Shown here: positions 26,392-33,154 of the stretch, piece after piece
Numbering within the stretch: the first letter of the stretch is position 1
How the letters are laid out: every line of letters starts with the position of its first letter
Source of the DNA: Vicinamibacterales bacterium
Lineage (GTDB): Bacteria > Acidobacteriota > Vicinamibacteria > Vicinamibacterales > UBA2999
NCBI GenBank assembly: GCA_035492455.1
Contig: DATJJE010000005.1
Coordinates: 16,961-80,960, forward strand
DNA: 64,000 nt
Direction: 5' to 3'
Translations under genes and position numbers: made by a program
Notes under the pieces: generated by a model
What the model was told of the DNA's origin: nothing
Databases searched by the model: none
The model's input: only the letters and a program-made list of their open reading frames with translations

Positions 26392-27423
26392 CTAATGTTG
26401 CCCTGCTCGTTCCAGCTTGAGGCGAATGTTGACGAAGTTATACGGAGGCCACGGCCCTGTGTACTTGAACGTCAACTTGTCGAAGGTCGACGCGATTTCC
26501 TTGATCCTCCGGTCGAACGCCGGTTCCTGGTCGCGCTGCACGAGGAACGCAGCGTTCATGATCATCTTGTCGCCGATGGCGCGGTTGACGCGCGATGCAA
26601 CCGACACGTCGCGCAGTCGCTGCAGGAACTCGGCGACGTAACGCTCCGACCGTTGCTGCAGTGCGCCGTCGATCAAGCGGCCGTACTGCATTCGGGCGAA
26701 ATACGTGGACCCCTTCTGCGAGGAAATCTCGGTCTTGAGGCGATGAATGTCCTCGTCCTCCTGCTCGATCTGCCGGACGATCTCGTCGCGATCCCACAAC
26801 ACTTTCAGACCGAACTCGAGCTTGTCCTGCATCTTCGACAGGACGTCCGCAAACGCATCGTAGGCCGATCGCAGCAGCTCCACGATGTCCTCGCGCGTCT
26901 TGAAGATAGTGCCGAAGGACATCGGGATAACCGTGTGGTCGCGCATCACCGTCTCGTTGACGCGCTCGTGCGCGAGCACGTTTTCGCGCGTGGAATCGAG
27001 CGGTGCCAGCGGGATGTCGGAGACAACCGCCGCCATGTCCTTGAAGGTGATGGTGTAAACCTCGGGCCATTGCTCGTCCATGCCGATGGCCCCGAATTTC
27101 AGCGGCTGGCTCGCGCGGATGATGCAGTAGACGTAACGCCCACGGCCCGCCGACCGATCTACGTCGGGAAGGCTCGGCTTCGGCGCTCGTTCGACGACGC
27201 GCTCGACGCGGGTTTCGGTGCCGCGCACCTCGGTCTCGTGCGTGACGCGCGTGACGGCCGCGTCCTCGTCTCTCCTGCGGGCGACAGGCTTGGCCGCGCG
27301 ACCCGACGCCGCAGCGCCGTTGCCTCGCTTCAGCGTGCGCGTCGCTGTGGCCGCGCGCGGACGCGCGGACGCGGGGGGCGTGGCGGACTTGCGTGCGCTG
27401 GATTTGTTCTGAGCCTTCGCCAT
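26392..27423 (-). CDS. gvpF: Gas vesicle protein GvpF/GvpL family with ~100-aa basic N-terminal extension
   Basis: RYVYCIIRAS...AHERVNETVM...LEFGLKVLWD...KYTGPWPPYNFV. The N-terminus is rich in K/R/A/P. Confidence 0.87.
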   Translation of the reverse strand: MAKAQNKSSARKSATPPASARPRAATATRTLKRGNGAAASGRAAKPVARRRDEDAAVTRVTHETEVRGTETRVERVVERAPKPSLPDVDRSAGRGRYVYCIIRASQPLKFGAIGMDEQWPEVYTITFKDMAAVVSDIPLAPLDSTRENVLAHERVNETVMRDHTVIPMSFGTIFKTREDIVELLRSAYDAFADVLSKMQDKLEFGLKVLWDRDEIVRQIEQEDEDIHRLKTEISSQKGSTYFARMQYGRLIDGALQQRSERYVAEFLQRLRDVSVASRVNRAIGDKMIMNAAFLVQRDQEPAFDRRIKEIASTFDKLTFKYTGPWPPYNFVNIRLKLERAGQH

Positions 27424-27437
27424 ATGCGTACCTTATG

Positions 27438-27830
27438 TCAGGCTTTCTTGACGGTGTCGAGCATGCGCCTCACCTCGACCACAAGATCATCGGGCAGGCA
27501 TGGTTTGGTGACAAACGAGTCGCAGCCGGCCTTGCGCGCCCCTTCGGACGCGCCGGCCAGCGCATGACCGGTGAGCGCCACGACCGGAATATGTTTCGTC
27601 CGATCGTCGGCCTTCAACACTCGGGTCGCCTCCCACCCATCCATCCCGGGCAGCGACAGGTCCATGAGGATCAAATCCGGCCGCAGCGAGAACGCCTGCG
27701 CCACGGCCTCGTTGCCATTGCGGGCCTCCGCCACGCGGAAGCCGGAAAACTGGAGGTACTCCGCGTACATTTCCCGGGCATCCTGGTAGTCGTCGACGAC
27801 AAGAATCAACGGAGAGTCGGGTTGCGTCAT
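27438..27830 (-). CDS. Single-domain response regulator (CheY-like receiver)
   Basis: 130 aa: [15 protein letters not shown]...[16 protein letters not shown]...PVVALTGHA...KP. No output domain. Confidence 0.9.
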   Translation of the reverse strand: MTQPDSPLILVVDDYQDAREMYAEYLQFSGFRVAEARNGNEAVAQAFSLRPDLILMDLSLPGMDGWEATRVLKADDRTKHIPVVALTGHALAGASEGARKAGCDSFVTKPCLPDDLVVEVRRMLDTVKKA

Positions 27831-30004
27831 TGTTCTGCTTCCGCGGGGATAGTGAGCGTAAACGTTGACCCCTTCCCCATTTGGCTTTCAAGCGTAATGC
27901 GCCCACCCAGGGCGGTAGCCAGGCGCCGGCAAATCGCCAAACCAAGACCTGTGCCGCCATATGGGCGAGAGGGCGAGTCGTCCACCTGGCGGAAGTCTTC
28001 GAAGATCTTTTCGTGGTTCTCGGGAGAGATACCGATGCCGGTATCGACAACCGAGACGTTCGCCGTGCGATCGACGCTGTCGTAACCGACGGTAATTCGG
28101 ATGCCGCCTTCGTGCGTGAACTTCAACGCGTTGCTGAGCAGATTGACGATGATCTGCTTGACCTTCTGCCGGTCGCTGTAGACCATCGGCAGATCCGGAC
28201 ACAGCATCGGCGATACCGTCAGCTTTGAGCGCGCGATCACCGGGTCGAGCTCCGTCATCACTTCCGGCACCAGCTCGTTCAGGTTGAACTCGCTGAGCTG
28301 CATCGGCATCTTGCCCGCCTCGATGCGGGTGATGTCGAGAATCTCGTTGATGATCGTCATCAAATGACGACCGTTGCTGTCGATGCGCTGCAGCTGCCGT
28401 TTCACCGCCGGCAGCAGATCGCCGGCGACGCCCTGTAGCAGCATGTGCGTGTAGCCCAGAATCGCGTTCAGCGGCGTCCTGAACTCGTGCGACATGTTGG
28501 CGAGGAACTGCGACTTCAGGCGCGAGGCCTGTTCGAGCTCGATCGCCTGGCGTCGCAGCAGTTCGTTCTGCGTCGCCAGCTCGGCAGTCGCTGCCTGCAC
28601 GCGCGCCTGCAGCTCGTCTGACGCAGTCTTCAACTGCTCGTACAGCTTCGCGCGCTCGAGGGCCTCGCGGCGATCGTGCAGGATCGTCACGACGGCGGTC
28701 AGCTCGCCGGTTTCGGTGAGCACCTTGCCCGCGATCGCTTCAACCGGAATCGGCTCGTTCGTCGCCGGATTCATCAGGCTGATCTCACCGCGGCGGATTT
28801 CGCCGGGGCCGGTTTCGCCGAGCAGCAGGCCGGAAATGAAAGACGAGAAGTGCGCATCGTTGGCCTGCACCGTGCGCGCCGCCATTTCCGTCGCTCCGGG
28901 CGGCAGCGTGAAGAGATCTTCGGAAGGTGCGTTCATCAGCACGGTGGCACCCGTGGAATCGGTGACGATGATCGGGTCGGCAACCGAGTCGATGATCAGG
29001 TTCAGACGATCGCGTTCCGCGCGCACCGCGGCTTCGGCCACGCGCAGCTTCTGATAGTTCTCTTCGATCTGCTCCGTCGCCCGGCGCAGGTCCGTGATGT
29101 TGCGCAGGACCGACACAACGCCGGTGCCTTCCCGTGGGTCTTCAACGGTTGTCGAGAGCACTTCGAACAGCAGGTCGGACCCGTCGCTCGGATCCACGAG
29201 CAGCAGCTCGCGCGCTTCCTGCGACCCTTCCACCGCGGAGCGCGACAACGCCGCGGAAAACAGCATGTTGTTCAATTCGACGGCGCGGCGCCGGCCTTCG
29301 CTTTCCTCTTCGCTCGCGGCAAACAGCTTTTCCGCGCGTGCGTTGGCCACGATCAGCCGGCCTTCGATGTCGGTCAGCATGATCGGGTCGGTCACGGCAT
29401 TGATGATGGTGAAAAAGAGCGTCCGCTCGCGGCGCAGCTTGCGCGCTTCTTCGGCCAGGCTGCCGCGCCCGCGCACCTGATCGATCTTCTGGCCGAGCAC
29501 GGCGACGACCCAGTTGATGTCAGGCGTCAGCGCCGGCGTGCGCAGCAGCAGCAGACCGGGCGCGATCTCATCGCGCTCCGGCATGGTGCCGCCGCGAATG
29601 CCGAGTGGCACGGCGGTGAACGGGCCGCGTCCGAGCGGCAGTGAGGGCGGATGCGAGGCGTGGCCGTTGGGCCGGTACGATTTGATGTGAACGGGAGCGT
29701 GTGCCTCGAGTGCCGCGATCATTGGATCGTAGTTATCCGAGAGCGGCCACGAGAAGAGCTCGATGTCATCGCCGATTGTGCCGTGGGCGGCGATGCCCAC
29801 CAGCATGTTCGATTCGACGTCGACGGCCAGACACGCCGACTGCTTCACGCCGGAATGCCGCGCCAGCCATTCCAGGCTGACCTGCGCGCACCGCACGATG
29901 TCTTCGTGATGCGCGAGATAATGCTCGAGCAGCTCGAGGCGTGCTGCATAGCTGACGGCAGTGCCGGCTGTCCGAGTAAAGGTCCGCGCCTGAAGCGAGC
30001 TCAT
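27827..30004 (-). CDS. Cytoplasmic multi-sensor histidine kinase (GAF-like N-terminus, two PAS-like regions, HisKA, HATPase_c)
   Basis: 725 aa with the H-box [20 protein letters not shown]-box LLSNALKFT and G-boxes DTGIGI / [10 protein letters not shown] saw no hydrophobic TM segment. It overlaps the RR gene by 4 nt. Confidence 0.9.
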   Translation of the reverse strand: MSSLQARTFTRTAGTAVSYAARLELLEHYLAHHEDIVRCAQVSLEWLARHSGVKQSACLAVDVESNMLVGIAAHGTIGDDIELFSWPLSDNYDPMIAALEAHAPVHIKSYRPNGHASHPPSLPLGRGPFTAVPLGIRGGTMPERDEIAPGLLLLRTPALTPDINWVVAVLGQKIDQVRGRGSLAEEARKLRRERTLFFTIINAVTDPIMLTDIEGRLIVANARAEKLFAASEEESEGRRRAVELNNMLFSAALSRSAVEGSQEARELLLVDPSDGSDLLFEVLSTTVEDPREGTGVVSVLRNITDLRRATEQIEENYQKLRVAEAAVRAERDRLNLIIDSVADPIIVTDSTGATVLMNAPSEDLFTLPPGATEMAARTVQANDAHFSSFISGLLLGETGPGEIRRGEISLMNPATNEPIPVEAIAGKVLTETGELTAVVTILHDRREALERAKLYEQLKTASDELQARVQAATAELATQNELLRRQAIELEQASRLKSQFLANMSHEFRTPLNAILGYTHMLLQGVAGDLLPAVKRQLQRIDSNGRHLMTIINEILDITRIEAGKMPMQLSEFNLNELVPEVMTELDPVIARSKLTVSPMLCPDLPMVYSDRQKVKQIIVNLLSNALKFTHEGGIRITVGYDSVDRTANVSVVDTGIGISPENHEKIFEDFRQVDDSPSRPYGGTGLGLAICRRLATALGGRITLESQMGKGSTFTLTIPAEAEQ

Positions 30005-30056
30005 TTCCTACCCTGTGGTTCGATCCATCGCGGCGTCACGGTAGCGACGCGCGCGC

Positions 30057-30395
30057 CTACTGCCGGGTACGTCGTCGAGTTCCCGCGGGTGCGCGCGTGC
30101 CGGCGGTAGGAGCACCCTCGAGCTGCGCGCGCAGCGACACGTTCTCCGCCGCCAGTTCATCGTACGGACGAGGCGCCTCGATGGTTGGCCGTGCAGCCGA
30201 TGCCGCAGCGCCGACCGCCTCTGAGTACTTCAGGTATGTGTCGATCGAGGCCACGACAACGCGCGCTTCGACGGTGATCAAATCGATCCCGACGAGTGAC
30301 ACGCGCACCCAGGCATCGATGACGATCCCCTTGTCGAGGACGCGATCGAGGACGTCAATAAGACTTGTTCCGCCTGCAGCTCGTTCGACGGCCAT
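30057..30395 (-). CDS. gvpA: Gas vesicle structural protein GvpA (canonical core plus C-terminal extension)
   Basis: [52 protein letters not shown] matches the canonical GvpA core almost residue for residue. A tail of about 45 aa follows. Confidence 0.93.
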   Translation of the reverse strand: MAVERAAGGTSLIDVLDRVLDKGIVIDAWVRVSLVGIDLITVEARVVVASIDTYLKYSEAVGAAASAARPTIEAPRPYDELAAENVSLRAQLEGAPTAGTRAPAGTRRRTRQ

Positions 30396-30407
30396 CGTGA
30401 AGACTCC

Positions 30408-30761
30408 TTAGTCGGACGTGTCTTTGCCGGTCGCGCGTCCGCGCCGGCCGGAAGCGCGCGTCAACGACGCGACCTTCCGCTCGAGCAGCCGCAGCTGCTC
30501 ACGCAGTTCAAGGTTTTCCCGGAGCACCTGCTCGCGTCCCGGCGAGAGGTGTCGGTCGTACTTCCACCAGTCCAGACCGATCTCCTCTGCCTTATCGATC
30601 GAGCAGATCATCAGGCGGATGCGGATCGTGAGGAGCTCGACTTCGGCAAGCGACACCTTGATGTCGCCCGCGACGACGAGACCTTTGTCAAGCACGCGAT
30701 CGAGAATGTCGACCAGCCCGGCATTGCCGCGGGTCGGACTCCCTGTCAGGTCGGTCGGCAT
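30408..30761 (-). CDS. GvpA/GvpJ-family protein (actinomycete-GvpA-like) with coiled-coil/basic tail
   Basis: [55 protein letters not shown]. First gene of the operon. Confidence 0.88.
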   Translation of the reverse strand: MPTDLTGSPTRGNAGLVDILDRVLDKGLVVAGDIKVSLAEVELLTIRIRLMICSIDKAEEIGLDWWKYDRHLSPGREQVLRENLELREQLRLLERKVASLTRASGRRGRATGKDTSD

Positions 30762-30792
30762 GCAGAAAGTGTGATCGGCTGGCCTTTCGTCG

Positions 30793-30815
30793 CGCGATCG
30801 CGGGCATGATGCCCG
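30793..30815. promoter_or_regulatory. Two adjacent palindromes upstream of the gvp operon (candidate operator)
   Basis: CGCGATCGCG (30793-30802) overlaps CGGGCATgATGCCCG (30801-30815). They lie 32-54 nt upstream of the first gvp start codon. Confidence 0.3.
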
Positions 30816-30918
30816 ACACGAAGCTCACGCGAACCGACGAAGTATAGATCAAGCCCTTCTTCTAAACCGACTCAACCGTAGTGGAATTTGGAGGCTATGC
30901 GCTACCATGTGAAGCCCG

Positions 30919-31422
30919 ATGGCGACGCAATGCTCTTTCGATATCACTTCGAATGTCGACCTTCAGGAAGTAGACAACGCACTCAACCAGGCTCGAAAGG
31001 AAGTCGCCCAGCGGTATGACTTCAAGGGCGCGAAGGCCTCGATCGAATTCGACACGAAAGAGTCGAAGCTCATCCTCATTGCCGACGACGATTTCAAGCT
31101 CAACGCGCTCTGGGAAATCATTTCGACCCGCCTCGTCCGGCGCAACGTCCCTGTTAAGAATCTGAGCCGCGGCACGGCGCAGCCTGCCGCCAACAGCACC
31201 GTCCGCCAGGAGATCGCGCTGCAGCAGGGCATCCCCACCGAAAAGGCGCGCGACATTGTCAAGTTCATCAAAGACTCGAAGATGAAGAAGGTGCAGGCGT
31301 CGATTCAGGGCGACCAGCTGCGCATCACGTCGCCGTCGCGAGACGACCTGCAGGAAGCCATGCGGCTGCTGCGCGAGCAGGACTTCGGCGTTGCACTGCA
31401 GTTCGGCAACTACCGCGGGTAA
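30919..31422 (+). CDS. yajQ: YajQ-family nucleotide (c-di-GMP)-binding protein (UPF0234)
   Basis: SFDITSNVDLQEVDNALNQARKEVAQRYDFKGAKASIEF...LQFGNYR is the hallmark YajQ sequence. Confidence 0.9.
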   Translation: MATQCSFDITSNVDLQEVDNALNQARKEVAQRYDFKGAKASIEFDTKESKLILIADDDFKLNALWEIISTRLVRRNVPVKNLSRGTAQPAANSTVRQEIALQQGIPTEKARDIVKFIKDSKMKKVQASIQGDQLRITSPSRDDLQEAMRLLREQDFGVALQFGNYRG

Positions 31423-32100
31423 TTACTTTTTTGTCTTCTTCTCGTCCCACGCGACTTCCGTTTCCGCGTTCTTCCCGACGCCGAGAATGGCATTAGCGAT
31501 GCGGTCGGTGCGCGTGTGCAACGGCAGCTCCGTGTCGTACACGACCTCCTTCTGACCGAGTGTTCGCAGCTCGAACTTGACGTGATAACGCCGCAGGATG
31601 GCTTCGATGTCCGTCCGCAGCGCGGCGGGATCGCCGGTTGAGACCTTCAGCTCGAAGTGCTTCGTCAGTTCGGGCTCGATTGATTCGACGGCCCACAACA
31701 CGGCCAGCAGAAAGACGGTGGCGAAGACCGCCAGCCCGTACAACTCCACGCCGCAGCACAGGCCGATGCTCAGGGTCGACAACATCACGACCGCATCCTT
31801 GGGGTCATCAATCTTCGCGCGGTAGCGAATGAGATTCGCCGCGCCGACGATGCCGAAAGCGCGCGCAAGGCTGGAGCCGACGACGAGCATCACGGTCGCA
31901 CCGACAACGGCGAGCACGATCTGCGTCTCGATGACGGGCGCCGATCGCGGCGGTGTGCCGCGGCGTCGCGGCCGGAATGCCAGCGCGGCGCCAAGCACCG
32001 TTGCAATCGGCAGTGAGAGCAGCGCCCGCTCGACCATGTCGAAATGTGACTCGAGGACCTGCGGCAACGTTTGCGCGAGCTCGGGCGGGGGTGGTTGCAT
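31423..32100 (-). CDS. DUF4956-like membrane protein
   Basis: The start is chosen at MQPPPPELAQ (32100) to avoid the upstream gene. It has three to four TM segments and GAANLIRYRAKIDDPKDA, typical of DUF4956. Confidence 0.7.
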   Translation of the reverse strand: MQPPPPELAQTLPQVLESHFDMVERALLSLPIATVLGAALAFRPRRRGTPPRSAPVIETQIVLAVVGATVMLVVGSSLARAFGIVGAANLIRYRAKIDDPKDAVVMLSTLSIGLCCGVELYGLAVFATVFLLAVLWAVESIEPELTKHFELKVSTGDPAALRTDIEAILRRYHVKFELRTLGQKEVVYDTELPLHTRTDRIANAILGVGKNAETEVAWDEKKTKK

Positions 32101-32131
32101 GTCGTCGTGTCGTGTCGAAGTCGAAATGTCG

Positions 32132-33094
32132 TCAGCGCGTCGCCTGGTCCACCGGCCGCGCGCGCAATGCGACGGCGTCGTCAATCTTTTCCTTCAACTT
32201 CCGGATATACCGATCGGCGTCGCCGTCCGAGTAGTTCCCGGCGCGAAAGGCGTCACGCCACTGCTTGTCGGTCAGGCGCGTCATCAGCTGCCCCGCCCAC
32301 TGCACGTCGGACGGGCGAACCATCGCCATCAGCTCCTGATGGCGACCGGCATAATCGAACTCGACGTGATCGCCGTTGATCGCGGTGATGAATCCATGCT
32401 GCTCGAAGCACTCGAGGCAGTTGCGGCGCGGGTACATCTTGCCGGTCTCACCGAGGGCGGCGCCGAGATCGCGTACGACAAACCAGCGCGTCGCGCCTTC
32501 AGCGGGTTCGTCAAATTTGTAGATGCTGTTGTTGTCGTTCTTCAGGTCCGTGCTGTTGAACATCAGCAGCACGACCAGCAACCCGTTCAGCTCGTGGGTG
32601 CCGACCAGCGGATTCTGCTGCCACCACCAGTACTCGTCGAGTCGATGGAACTCTTTCAGCTTCGGGCGAAAACGCGCTTCGCTCTCGATCGTTTTCACGC
32701 CGTCGCGATCGAGCGTCCACGAGGGCAGGTAGTAGATCGGCTGCTGGTGATAACCGAGGCCCCACAGAATGCGCGACATGACGACCTCTGTCTGCGCCTC
32801 GGGGCCGATCTTCGCGCTCCACTCGACGTCATGCGGACCCTCGACCTCGTACTTGGCGCTGAAGCCGGTTGCGTCGCGCTCTTTGAACGAGTAAGTGGCT
32901 TCGGGGTCTGGTGCGTACTTCTGGCCACCAATTCCCCAGAAGAGGTCGCGCGCTTCCCTGCCGGGGTCCACCCAAAGCTGTTTGATGGCGTCGGGCGAGG
33001 GCGGATGTTCGGGCGGTTTAATCTCGATCGCGCCGCCACACGCAAACGCCGCGAGCGCCAACACCGCTACGGCTGAGGTCGATCGCGCAAGCAC
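32132..33094 (-). CDS. Lipoprotein of unknown function with kinase-like catalytic-loop motifs
   Basis: Signal peptide plus lipobox (LAAFACGG). Motifs: WSAKIG, EVVMSRILW, STDLKNDN and VRDLGAALG. Confidence 0.6.
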   Translation of the reverse strand: MLARSTSAVAVLALAAFACGGAIEIKPPEHPPSPDAIKQLWVDPGREARDLFWGIGGQKYAPDPEATYSFKERDATGFSAKYEVEGPHDVEWSAKIGPEAQTEVVMSRILWGLGYHQQPIYYLPSWTLDRDGVKTIESEARFRPKLKEFHRLDEYWWWQQNPLVGTHELNGLLVVLLMFNSTDLKNDNNSIYKFDEPAEGATRWFVVRDLGAALGETGKMYPRRNCLECFEQHGFITAINGDHVEFDYAGRHQELMAMVRPSDVQWAGQLMTRLTDKQWRDAFRAGNYSDGDADRYIRKLKEKIDDAVALRARPVDQATR

Positions 33095-33154
33095 ATCACC
33101 TGCTCAGCAAGCGGTGTTCCAGTGGCACCGGGTTTGGTTTCAGGTACCTCGGCA

